Notes: generated from the sequence alone by a model not told the origin. Positions 1 through 12,611 are shown, numbered from the stretch's first letter. The stretch is DNA of 64,000 nucleotides from Octopus sinensis (GCF_006345805.1 NC_042998.1:138136001-138200000); one strand, 5' to 3'. Numbers and translations are program-made.

Positions 1-610
<610 letters not shown>

Positions 611-788
611 CAAGAACATGGATGACAGTGACCTCTGAATTCCGGCTTAAGGAAACAAAAATATGTATTTAGCAATGCTCCTCACCGCTGCTAGATGATT
701 TTCGCCTGTTGCTGATATAGTTCTCTGTTTCTTGACATTACACGTCTATAATTGATGCTCCCTCGAGATGAATACCACGATATATCTG

Positions 789-824
<36 letters not shown>

Positions 825-926
825 CATATATATATATATAATATATATATATATATATGCATACATGCGCGCGCACACACACACACATACACGCAACACC
901 AGCGCCTGTTCTGACACTGTTTTCTA

Positions 927-1070
927 TATATCGCTGGCGGAGAGATGAAACGCCGCTATCTCCAGAAGTCGAGCGTCCATCACTGAAAAGACCATGGAAG
1001 GTCGAAATCGCGTGAAATGGTAGTCTCGGCGTTGGAGATAGCAGCAATTCATCTCCCCGCTAGTCATATA
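927..1070. repeat. Imperfect inverted repeat, MITE-like (about 38-bp arms)
   Basis: 927-964 TATATCGCTGGCGGAGAGATGAAACGCCGCTATCTCCA versus reverse complement of 1033-1070 TATATGACTAGCGGGGAGATGAATTGCTGCTATCTCCA, about 31/38 identical, TA at both ends. Confidence 0.6.
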
Positions 1071-1153
1071 AACAAGAGTGCATTTTACTTCAAAAGCCAA
1101 TAAGAGAGTTTCTCACACGGTATATATTGCATGGTATGTACAGAACAGCCACG

Positions 1154-1191
<38 letters not shown>

Positions 1192-2106
1192 GCGCGCGCG
1201 CGTGCGTGTGTGTGCGGGTGTGTATACATATATATATATAGGTATATCGATGCATATGTGTATGTATTTGTACAAGCTAACAAGATGTCAAAAGTCATAA
1301 TAGATACATAAGATGAGTATTAAGAACAAAGCCAGTACCTAAACTACGATGTTAAGTGTAGAGATGTGAGATTCTCATAAATAAGAGGTTGCTTAGAGAA
1401 TGCTTTGATTGGGCTGATGCTGGTATAAGAGAACAAAATATGACTAGGCAGTCGCAAGTTATCAAATCAAATTATAACATATTTGACATATTGAAGAGGG
1501 AACAAAGATATATAAACCTGTATAAAAATGTAGCAAGAAGCCAGTATAAGATCTGGAAGGTGAAAGTTCTTAGCGATACTGCGTAGATGGATAAAATTTT
1601 GTATGAACTGGAAGAGAATTCGAGAAATCTTAGTGTAGATTCTACCTAGATATGAAGTAAAATCCACGGAACACTTGTGCAAAGCATATAAGTGATGGAA
1701 AGGAAAAACATGCAGGTAGTACTTTACAGCTGTTTCTGAGAAAGTTGCATATTAGGAGCAGATCTGTGCATTTTCTTATAGTTCAGGATGCGGTATGTAA
1801 TCCATCCCATTTCCCCAGTTCTTTTTCTTTTATCCGTGATCCCATGAATTTTACTTACCTATCTATATAAAATCAACACCAAGGACTTCTCGATTTCTCT
1901 CGTATTTCATTTTGGAGTGTACTCGTCTTCATGAACTTCCACCCTCCAGATCTTTCCTGGTTTCTCCGACTCAGAGCTATACTCGATACGTCAAGCTCTC
2001 ATCCTTTTACCGAGTGTGAAGCTAATACATTTCTTGTGCACTTTCTCATATTGTCCGTTTTTATTCGTTTATTTGAATTGTTTGTTTATTTGGATTGGCT
2101 ATATAC

Positions 2107-2139
<33 letters not shown>

Positions 2140-2213
2140 CGCGCGCGCGTTCAATATGCTACATAAATGTTATAAAATATGATACCATGTCACAGCCTGT
2201 TCCTATTTTGTTC

Positions 2214-2248
<35 letters not shown>

Positions 2249-2915
2249 GTATATATGTGTGTGTATGTGTATGCGGGCGAGTGAGTAAGTATGCATCTGT
2301 GATTATTAAATATGTATAGTTATTTTAGTTATATAGTTGAAACTTTGTAGAACTCTGGTGTATTTTTATTGCGATACTGCATTCATATTAAGATTTATAT
2401 TAGATTATTTATTGCGAATTATATCGTATTAATATGCGTTTATGTTTTTTATTGGTTTCAGTCAAAGAATAAATGGCGCGGCCATGCTGGTGTACCGTTT
2501 TCAATAGATCTAGTTAATTTTATTAACCCTACTACTTGTTTACGTCTGGTAGTTATTTATTTCACCAAATAGTGTTTATCGAATAGATAATTTGTGAATT
2601 TTATTCATAAATTGTATGCATGTTTCAAATTATACATCATTATCATCATCATCATTGTCCTATTCCACTCCTCCTCTTTCTACTCTCCTCTCCATAATCA
2701 TCATCGTTAGTACCATCCTCATCACCTTCATTGTTGTTATTATTATTATTCGACTTTACCTTCCCTTCTTTCGATGTTGGTAAGATAAGTACTGGAAAGT
2801 GGGATCATTGTAATCGACTTATTCCCTACTCTAAAATTGCTGGCCATTTGAGACCATTAATATTATCATCATCATCATCATCATCATTATTGTTGTTGTT
2901 GTTGTTGTTATTGTT

Positions 2916-3006
2916 CACGTCACTGCCTGGAATCAAACTCGGAATCTTGGTGTAAGTAGTCCAAGATCTTAACCACTACACCATATGCCTACGGGCATAT
3001 GGCATA
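2916..3006 (-). other. tRNA-like A-box/B-box module and hairpin at 3' end of R4 copy 1
   Basis: Minus strand: hairpin CCATATGC-CCGTAG-GCATATGG, A-box-like TGGTGTAGTGG (2973-2983), B-box-like GAGTTTGATTCC (2929-2940). Confidence 0.6.
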
Positions 3007-3732
3007 CATAATTCCTCATCTCTTAAATATAGAACTGTAAGGTAACGTTTATTTACTGATCATGCTTCAAGAAACCTGAGAAGAATTCTTGCACATCCAA
3101 GCAATGCTGATTTTTGTAGGTGTTCTCCCTTCACACTAGCTCCAATCTTTTTCAGCCATGCTGGTAGCTGAATGTTGATACTTCCAAGTGCACTAATTAC
3201 TATTGGTATCACATCTACTCTCTTCATTAACTATAGCCTTCGTATTTCCCACTTCGAATCGTCACAGTTGTTTATTTTTCTTCTTTTTTCACGTTGATCC
3301 TGTTGTCCCTGAGGCATACTATGACGATTATCATACATGTTCTTTCCTTTTTATTCACCACAACAATATCCGGTTTCCGATGTCTGGTCGGGTGATCGCA
3401 CTGGATTATTGCATCCCACAGGATTTTGCAATTCTCATTTTCGGTGACTCCTTCTGGAGTTTATTCATACCACGTCTTTGCTCTTTGTAGGTTGTGGTTT
3501 CCACAGAGCTCCCAATGGATCATTGTTGCCACATTGTCATGGTGTCTTTTGTATTTGCGTTGTGCCAATTTCGGGTATTCGCTAACGATGTGCCATACCG
3601 TTTCACGCTTCTCACCCCACATTCTGCATTTGTCGCTATCAGTAGTATTGTCTATTCTGCACTTCATATAGTTGGTTCATAACGCTTGTTCCTGAGCTGC
3701 GCATATGAGTGCTTCTGTCTCTATTTTCATTT

Positions 3733-3733
<1 letters not shown>
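2916..3733 (-). mobile_element. R4/Dong-clade non-LTR retrotransposon, 5'-truncated copy 1 (zinc knuckle, REL endonuclease, tRNA-like 3' end)
   Basis: Minus translation CRMWGEKRETVWHIVSEYPKLAQRKYKRHHDNVATMIHWELC (decayed CCHC knuckle) and KPDIVVVNKKERTCMII (PD-(D/E)xK-type REL motif), with stops and frameshifts. Flanked by trinucleotide arrays. Confidence 0.85.
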
Positions 3734-3734
<1 letters not shown>

Positions 3735-3771
<37 letters not shown>

Positions 3772-3786
3772 TATTATTATTATTAT
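3735..3786. repeat. (ATT)n/(TAA)n array separating R4 copies 1 and 2
   Basis: Direct reading. Confidence 0.95.
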
Positions 3787-3877
3787 CACGTCACTGCCTG
3801 GAATCAAACTCAGAATCTTGAGGTTAGTAGCCCACGCTCTTAACCACTACGCCATATGCTCACGGGCATATGGCATA
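3787..3877 (-). other. tRNA-like A-box/B-box module and hairpin at 3' end of R4 copy 2
   Basis: Minus strand: GCCATATGC-CCGTGA-GCATATGGC 9-bp hairpin, then A-box TGGCGTAGTGG (3844-3854), anticodon-like loop CT-ACT-AA, B-box GAGTTTGATTCC (3800-3811), then (TAA)n. Confidence 0.65.
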
Positions 3878-6800
3878 CATAATTCCTCACCTCTTAAATA
3901 TAGAACTGTAAGGTAACATTTATTTACTGGTCATGGTTCAAGAACCCACAAAGAATTCTTACTGTTCCAATTAATGCTGATTTTTGTTGGTGTTCTACCT
4001 TCACACTTGCACGATCTTTTTCAGCCATGCTGGTAGTTGAGTGCTGATACTTTCAAGTGCGCCAATTACTATTGGTATCACATCTACTCTCTTCATTGAC
4101 TACAACCTTCGTATTTCTCACTTCAAATTGTCATAGTCGTTTATTTTTATTCTTTCACATTGATCCTGTTGTCCCTGGGGCTTACTATGTCGATTATCAT
4201 ACATGTTCTTTCTTTCTTATTCACTACAACAATGTCCAGTTTCCTATGTTTGATCAGATGATCGCACTGGATCATTGTATCCCACAGGATTTCCAGTTCT
4301 CATTTTCGGTGACTCCTTCTGGGGTTTGTACATACCATGTCTTTGCTCTTTGTAGGTTGTGGTTTCCACAGAGCTTCCAATGGATCATTGTTGCCACATT
4401 GTCATGGTGTCTTTTGTATTCGCATTCTGCATTTGTCGCTGTCGGTCGTGTTGTCAATTATGTACTTCACATAGTTGGTCCATAACGCTTGCTCCTGAGC
4501 TGCGCATATGAATGCTTCTGTCTCTATCTTCATTTCACTCCTTCTCATCCATGGCCACCGGTCCTCTGTATCGGTTTCGCATTCACATCTCTTGCAAACT
4601 GATCGTACATTTTCCCTCTCCGAGTTTTTATTTTTTTGTCTTCATTTCTTGTTTAAATTTTTCTTTAGTTACAAAATTTTCAGTTTTGATGACGCTGGTA
4701 TTCTTCGTCTGTTTCAACAGTGGCTCCACACTAAGCTGTCTTTCTCTGCTTCGATACATTCCTGGCAACTGATGGAACATCTCCTACCCTTTCTTCCGGA
4801 TAAGTGCAGCCTATCAGTGTCACTCTTAAGATCGAAGGTTCCGTGTACTGTCAACATTTTTCTTGTCTTGGTATCCATTTTCGTCATTTCTCTGTTTTGC
4901 CATTTTATAATTCTCGCTCCATACCGAAGTGATGCTATCGCCCACGTATTAATCGCTTGGATTTTATTCCATCCAGTCAATTTTGAGTGCAGTACCAACC
5001 TCACTCTTCGGAAATACTCCATCCTGTGTTGCTCTTTCATTTCCTTTTCCATTATTTCGTTGCACTCTAATACACCAAGTTATTTGTAGACTTCCTTTTC
5101 AATTTGCTTAATCAAGTCTCTATTCAGTGATTATATCCCTGCTAGGAACTGTACCTTGCCTCTTTTGGAGTAGATTACTCCGCACCTCTTGAGTCCAAAT
5201 TCTATTTTAATATCAGAACTAAAACAGTGGACCGTGTTCACCAACGAACTCACTTGTGTCTCATCTTTGCCATGCAGTTTCAAATCATCCATGAAGAGGA
5301 AGTGGTTAATTGTTTGAGATTTTTCGCATAGTTGGTACACCGGCTTCATTTTCCTGAGTACCAAGATGTCAGGAGTATCATGCGGAGAACGAAAAGCAAC
5401 GGATATAAGCTACCACCCTGGAAAATCCGTTTTCTGATATCCAGGGTACCCAAGCTTTTTCCATAAGATGCCAGTTCAGTTTTCCACCCCACCATGCTTC
5501 TCTGCAGGAAACACATTACATTCCTCGTAATACTAAACAGATCTAAGCACTCGATGATCCACAAATGTGGAATCATGTCATAAGCTTTGCTTTAGTCAAT
5601 CCAAGCCATTCCCAGATTTGTTCTCCTCCGTTTACAATCTTGCATTACCATTTTGTCTATGAATAGTTGATCTTTGGTACCTTTGCCTCTCTTTCTACAG
5701 TCTTTTTTTGTAGCGGCAATATATCGTTCTCATTAAGAAATTTATACAGTTCTTCTGCAATTCTTCCTGACAGTATCTTCCACCTCAACAGGAGGCAGGA
5801 TATTGGTCTGTAATTGTCAGCAACATTTTCCTTTGATGCATCCTTCGTCTTTTTATCGATTAACCCGAAATTTCATCTTTTCCATTGATCAATGCATTAA
5901 ATTGTTTTGCGATCAATTTATGGCAACTACTGAACTTTTTTGTAACCAAAACCCCTGTACACTATCAGGCTCTGCTGCTTTTCAATTGCTTATAATTTTA
6001 TTCATATTTTTGATACTGTCTTCTGTGAAGTGGACAGTCTCTTGCTGGGGATAATAAGTTGTTTGCTTCAGGTTACAAAGCCAGTCAGCTGTAGTAATAT
6101 GTTGTTCATGCTTACTCCATATCTTACCCCCAAAAAGTCGACTTTTATCAGCATCGGGGATTAATCTTTCACAGTTTTTATCGTCATTAATCTCTTGATA
6201 AAATCATTTTTGTTCGGTTTTTCTTAATCCGTTGCTCAGTCCTAGATAGCTTTACATTTTTTTGCATGTATGCTCTGCTTTAGCTCTTTAATTACAACAT
6301 TCAGTCTTTTTGTATCTACACCATACTCCTCCCTAACTTTTTCGAATTTCAATTCATTCTTAAGTTTGCCATTTCTTTTCGTTACAAGTCTTGACACTAC
6401 ACTATTCAAGGAGTTTATATCTTCAGAAAATCTCCTTTTCCACCACGGTTATTTATTTCCTCTTCTATCCGTCGCGGTTCTATTCTCAATAGTTCTCAAT
6501 CTCATCCTTTCCGCCACAATCCTATTAGCAGCCTTGATAAAATTATTTGTTAGTGTGATGTTCTTTGTTTCAATGTCTCTGAGAACAATATTGACTTTAC
6601 TCGTCTCTTGATTTAGGCTCCATTGGTTAGCCCTCTTAAAGTTGCACACAAATTCTCTCTTCTGTATTTTATAAATCCACAATTCTGTCTATTATTAATC
6701 GATCTTCATTATTTGAGTAGTCACTGATCTTAATTCCTTTACAGTTCACGGTATTATACTCTTGCGGACAATTGTCCATCTCTTTCACTATATCCCTTTC

Positions 6801-8108
6801 ATTTCTCGCATGCCCAACCTCACTCGATATCCTTCTTTTAATAGCTTCTAGCTTCAATTCCCTTGACCATCCATTCTTTCGCATTGCTCTGACTTGGTCA
6901 CATAATTTCTGACAGTAATTTCGAATAGTTCCATTGCCTTCCATTCACTGTGCATTCGTTTTCTGTACCCTCTGATAGGCACGCAATTCGTATCCACTGG
7001 GGTGCTCCGGTAGTAACACTCCATAACCATCATGTTTACTTGTTTACTCCACCTATGTCTCGTAGCATGGCTAGCAGTTGCTGGATTACGACCGAGTCCA
7101 CCCTGTTGCACAGTGGGGCACTTGCCGGGTGCGACACCTTCACCATTGGTTCCAGTCCCGTTCATACCGTTATCGTTATTTATTCTGCTTGGCCTTTTCA
7201 CTCACAAACGTGGTGTTTTTAGGTTACTACCAACCGGGATTTTTATAGAGACACCATCTCTATCAAGGTGGTCCTCCAATATGGCAGGGTCCTTGCTCCC
7301 CTGGTTTTGGACTCAGAGTGTTCCTTCTCTTAGGCTGCTTGTCACCCAAATCTAACAAGTACAGCATACCCGGAGCACTGGTTATTTGAAGGAGCCACAT
7401 ACTCGCCTTTTCTCGCACTTCTGTTGCTTTGGCGAAGTAGTCAAGCAGGATTGCAGAGAGCTCTTACTACCCATAAACTGGGCCTGTTCCCTTCGCATTT
7501 CTGCGTGTTGGAGTCATGGTCCTCATTCTCATTAGGAGATAGGTGTGCGTTAGTTGGTCCCGTATCTTCATCTGAATATTGATCCGGAGTTAAGTCCCGA
7601 TTCGCGGTTCATTCGCCTTCATCCCAGGTATGAAGCCATTGGACATAGGCAGGTTGTCACCGCTGTGACTAAGGAGCCCTATCTACTCCAGTTTTAAAAT
7701 CAGAATATTCCTTCTCCTAGACAGACTGCCAGTCAAGGCTCACGAGTGCTGTCTACCCGTTTTTGAAATCACCATTGACTTTTAAGTTCCTCTGCCCTTT
7801 GCTGGGTTTTGTTTTTAATCCCGCAAGGTGTCGAAAAGCCCCACCTCCTCACCAAGCAAGCTTAGAAGGGTTGTCGGTTTAGTCGCCGACAACTTGACAG
7901 TATCACAACGCCACTTGTTTATTATTCTGGATAATTCTTGTTCACTATTGTAATTTCACTATTACTACTATAATCCCTATTTTATTTCCAAGTTCACTAC
8001 TAAAGTTTCACAATTATTACTCTAATTATATTATTACAATAAGGCCGAGGGATCTTAATATTGTCTACCAATACAGACTGTTTAATTGGACTGCTAGTTG
8101 ATATGGCA

Positions 8109-8110
<2 letters not shown>
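3787..8110 (-). mobile_element. R4/Dong-clade non-LTR retrotransposon, near full-length decayed copy 2
   Basis: Minus strand: N-terminal R4-type block RWSKQVNMMVMECYYRSTP...GYRKRMHSEW and KLCDQVRAMRKNGW..LEAIKRR (6850-7100); RT motifs FQGGSLYPLLF and INHFLFMDDLKLHG (5270-5430); YKYLG-type region; REL region HRKLDIVVVNKKERTCMIIDI. Bounded by (TAA)n at both ends. The 5' boundary is inferred from the flanking array. Confidence 0.85.

Positions 8111-8172
<62 letters not shown>
8111..8172. repeat. (ATT)n array at 5' side of R4 copy 2
   Basis: Direct reading. Confidence 0.95.
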
Positions 8173-8173
<1 letters not shown>

Positions 8174-8670
8174 GCAAATCAACCCATCTACGATGGAGGC
8201 AAAACATGAGGGAGGGAAGTCATAACAGCAGTATGTATTGAGAAATGTGTAAATAGACTTGATAGATTACTGGGTGACGTCTTTGAGAAATCACTGTTGG
8301 TGATGCAGCATTCTATTGCGGTTATATGACATGAATTTGCGATTAAGTGACATGTTATAACGATCCACTACCGAACTGAAATAGGCTCCCAGCCTCTGTA
8401 TCAGGAATGGTTATGTAGAACTCTCTGAACGAAACCCAACCTTCCTTCGACCACTACATAAAAAGAATTAAGAAAAAAAAATGTTATTTAGATATACTTT
8501 TATTTTAGTTGTTTACACTATTTACCGCTTGTTTATATTCTTATACGTTCAAAGTTCACAAATTTCCTTATTTAAATAATGAATCATATTCCTTTCGATA
8601 ATATCAATATGATTACAAAACTTCTTTGTAGACGATATTTTTTGTTTGGTCGACACAGATTTTCAAATTA

Positions 8671-9110
8671 CTAGAGTCCGTTGCTCTACTCATAGCGATG
8701 TATAACTGGCCGTGTGTAAACATCGGGGTGGGTAAAAATACAGCTACACGATCAAAAGTCTGGCCCTGTGCCTTGTTTACTGCAATGCTCGAGCGGAATC
8801 TTTAGGAATCTGCTCATCTACGATAGGAAATAAAGGAATAGTATCGCAAATCTAAACCCTCTAAATTCACGAACTATACGGGGTGGGGGGATCAAGAGTT
8901 AATCCACATCGCCGGAATTTTAACAAAAGAAAAAAAAATAATCAAAGGTGATTTATTGATAGAAAACTCAATATCCACTAAATAGTCATACTTCTTCACA
9001 TTTCTTACTGATTACCTCTTTCGTAATCCCGAAAAACATCGTGACCATTGGTGCAGACCGTGAAATGGGAACAGACAGACAGACGGACGTAACGCTCATT
9101 ATAGTAAGAT
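8671..9110 (-). mobile_element. Putative non-autonomous Helitron-like element
   Basis: Minus strand starts A|TCTTACTATAATGAGCG followed by (GTCT)n, and ends near CTAG|T at about 8671. These are Helitron-type termini, but the terminal hairpin is weak. Confidence 0.4.
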
Positions 9111-9197
9111 GACCTACTTCCCTTTGCTTCTTTTCTTAGTTATCTCCGCTTGGTTTTTATTTACTTTTTTACACCCGTAAGCTGAACAATTATGCTG

Positions 9198-9341
9198 AAT
9201 ATCCACTAAATAATTATACTTTTTCATATTTTTTTCGCTACAATCCTTCCTGATCACTTACTTCGTAATCCCAAAGAACATCGTGACCATTGGTCGAGCC
9301 GTTAGACCGTGAAGAGGATACATAACGACCATTATAGCAAG

Positions 9342-9342
<1 letters not shown>
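9198..9342 (-). mobile_element. Partial related copy of the 8671-9110 element
   Basis: Shares AATATCCACTAAATA, CGTAATCCC, AACATCGTGACCATTGGT, GACCGTGAA and terminal CATTATAG(T/C)AAGAT with 8968-9110. Confidence 0.55.
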
Positions 9343-9404
<62 letters not shown>

Positions 9405-9423
9405 TTATTATTATTATTATGTG

Positions 9424-11110
9424 TTAAAAACTCACAAATAAATTCGCTGAGTATGATGGAAAGTGTCAGCTGTCCACAGCCAGCAGACTATGGTGACACT
9501 TCTTTACTGGTCATGTTTCAAGAACCCTGCGAAGAAGTCTTACAGTTCCAAGCAATGCTGATTTTTGTAGGTGTTCTACCATCATACTTGCACCGATCTT
9601 TTTCAGCCATGTTGGCAGTTGAGTGCTGATACTTCCAAGTGTACCAATTACTATTGGTATCACATCTACTCTCTTCATTGACTACAACCTTCGTACTTCC
9701 CACTTCAAATCGTCATAGTTGTTTATTTCTATTCTTTCGCATTGATCCTGTAGTCACAAGGGCAAGCTATGTCGATTATCATACATGTTCTTTCTTTCTT
9801 ATTCTCTACAACAATGTCCAGTTTCCTATGTTTGATCAGTCGATCGCACTGGATTATTATATCCCACAGGATTTTCAGTTCTCATTTTCGGTGACTCCTT
9901 CTGGGGTTTGTACATACCATGTATTTGCTCTTTGTAGGTTGTGGTTTCCACAGAGCTTCCAATGGATCATTCTTGCCACATTGTCATAGTGTCTTTTGTA
10001 TTCGCGTTGTGCCAATTTCAGGTATTCGCATTATGCATTTGCCGCTGTCGGTCGTGTTGTCAATTCTGTACTTCACATAGTTGGTCCATAACGCTTGCTC
10101 CTGAGCTGCGCATATGAGTGCTTCTGTCTCTATCTTCATGTCACTCCTCCACATCCATAGCCACCGGTCCTCTGTACCTGTTTTCGCGTTCACATCTCTT
10201 GCAAACTGATCGTACATTTCCCCCTCCGAGTTTTTATTTTTTGTGTTCATTTCTTGTTTAAATTTTTCTTTAGTTACACAATTTTCAGTTTTGATGACGC
10301 CGCCCTTCTTCGTCTGTTTTAACAATGGCTCCACGGCATTTTTTATGTACCACCATAAGCTGTTTTCCTCTGATTTGATAAAGTTAAGGTAACTCATCAA
10401 ACCTCTCCCACCCTTTCTTCTGGACAAGTGCAGCCTATCAGTGTCACCTTTACTGTGGTAGGCTCCGTGCACTGTCAACATGTTTGTCCATTTTATCCCT
10501 TCTTTCTTTTGCCATTTTATAACTCCTGTTTCATACCGAAGGGATGCTATCGCCCACGTATTAACTGCTTAGATTTTATTCCACCCAGTCAATTTTGAGT
10601 GCAGCACCAACATCAGTTGCTCTTTCATTTCCTTTTCCATTATCTCGTTGAACTCTAATACACCAAAGTATTTGTAGACTTCTGTTTCAATATGCTTAAT
10701 CAAGTCTCTATTCGGTAATTCTATCCCTGCTAGGAACTGTACCCTGCCTCTTTTTAGGTAGATTACTCCGCACCTCTTGAGTCCAAATTCCATTCTAATA
10801 TCAGTACTAAAATATGGACCGTGTTCACCAACGAACCCACTTTGTGTCTCATCTTTGCCATGCAGTTTCAATTCATCTATGAAGAGGAGGTTGTTGATTG
10901 TTTGGGATTTTTCGCTTAGTTGGTACCTCGGCTTCATTTTCCTGAGTACCAAGATGTCAGGAGTATCATGCAGAGAACGAAAAGCTACCACCATGGAAAA
11001 TCCCTTTTCTGATATCAAGGGTACCCAATCTTTCTGTAAGATGTTAGTTCAGTTTTCCATCCCAACATACTTCTCTCCAGGAAATACGTTATATTCCCCA
11101 CAATTCCAAA
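9424..11110 (-). mobile_element. R4/Dong-clade non-LTR retrotransposon, 5'-truncated copy 3 (ordinary 3' UTR)
   Basis: Minus translation INNLLFIDELKLHG, EVYKYFGVLE, KGGRGLMS, EALICAAQEQALWTNY, IIDIACP. 3' UTR CATGACCAGTAAAGAAGTGTCACCATAGTCTGCTGGCTGTGGACAGCTGACACTTTCCATCATAC. (ATT)n on both sides (9343-9420, 11116-11180). Confidence 0.85.
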
Positions 11111-11114
11111 CATA

Positions 11115-11155
<41 letters not shown>

Positions 11156-11628
11156 TATTATTATTATTATTATTATTATTAAATATAAAATAATATTTCA
11201 GTTTATTATGTTATTTTATTGTTCATTACAGTTATACCTATAGATGTGAGCTGTTTATCTTTTATAGTATAAATTATACAAAATTATTATATGAGAATTA
11301 TGTCATCGGAACGTCAGTTATAATTCTGTCTCACGAAGAGATCACAAGTTAAGTATCAATAATTTCTTTACAGCGTGATTATGTTTAATTTACATTGTTT
11401 TTATACTGAGTTTATGTTGTGAGCTTTAGTTGTGTTTATTTAAACCGAATAAATTACATGTGTATCCACATTGGAAATTATATTACACCTGTGGTGTGTA
11501 AACTGCGGCTGTTGCTGTTGATGTATGCGCGTCTGTGTGTGAGTGCGTATTATTTTCTTTATCCATTGTGTAGTATGCATATATGGTCTATGTGTATGTA
11601 TGAGTAAATGTATGTACAAGTGTGTATA

Positions 11629-11673
<45 letters not shown>

Positions 11674-11859
11674 TTTATATATATACATGCATACATACAT
11701 ATATACATACATACATGCATACATAGAGCGCTTAAATACCTTCGTAGTCTCAAATATAGTGTCTGAGTCTTTTGGAACATGGAATGTTATGAAAGACATT
11801 TCAAATTGTATTTCCTTCGTCTCATTTTAAACATTAAACGGGGCTCTTTTACTCCAGAC

Positions 11860-12410
11860 ACAGATGTCTTTGCGTCTGCAGGCATCACTTCAATTGCATC
11901 AATGATTCTGAAAATTTAAATGAGATGGTCTGGCCATATTATTCGAATGGCGGATGAACGCACACCCAAACAGCCGTTTTGTGGCGAGCTTGTAGAGGGG
12001 AACCGCGATCGGTTTGAACCAAAAAAGAGGAAAGAGGCTTAAGGACGACATAAGGATCCAAAGGCCATAGAAACCTTTGCTTCGGATCGAGTTGGATGGC
12101 GAACAAAGGTGCGGAGTGGAGTGAAAGCGTTTGAGGATGCCAGAATAAAACAAGCTTGACGCAAGAGAGATTTAAAGAAGAATGTTGCCATCGAGAAGGT
12201 GATCACAGTGACTTTTTGTATGCACAGTTTGTGACAGACCATGCCTTTCTTTTGCTGGACTCAAATCTCATTTGAAGACCCATGAAAAAGAACATCCAAC
12301 TATTTTGCCTATATATCTGTGCACATATTTCAATGCCTTGTCTGCATTTCTAACGGAGGCTTCAAAAGACATTTTAAGATGCACAAAGTTCGGAACTTAA
12401 CTGCAGCTCT
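11860..12410 (+). mobile_element. RTE-clade (BovB-like) LINE 3' fragment
   Basis: Plus translation MRWSGHIIRMADERTPKQPFCGELVEG...DRVGWRTKVRSGVKAFEDAR and AGLKSHLKTH (C-terminal C2H2 remnant), with stops. Confidence 0.7.
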
Positions 12411-12611
12411 TGATAGTCCAAATCGGATACGCAATATATGTGGGTATAAAACGCCACATCAGACGCCATGATGAATCTAAGGTGTAGATTACACATTTCT
12501 CTACATTTCAAAAATGGAGCTTTGTATCTTTGTTAGAAACCAGCTCCTTCTTCAGAAAAGAATTTAAATGCTTAAATACAGAAAAGACAAACATACATGC
12601 ACACACACACA

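Noticed and set aside
2916-3877. Calling the tRNA-like modules real tRNA genes
   Set aside because: No acceptor stem, a mutated B-box, no long Ser variable arm, and embedded in retroelement tails.
7820-7895. Twister-like ribozyme in the R4 upstream region (minus: TAA-ACC...TTCTAAGC...GGT-GA-GGA)
   Set aside because: P2 and a T1-like pairing can be drawn, but P1, P4 and T2 do not pair in this copy. An Infernal twister-P1 scan of the family consensus would be needed.
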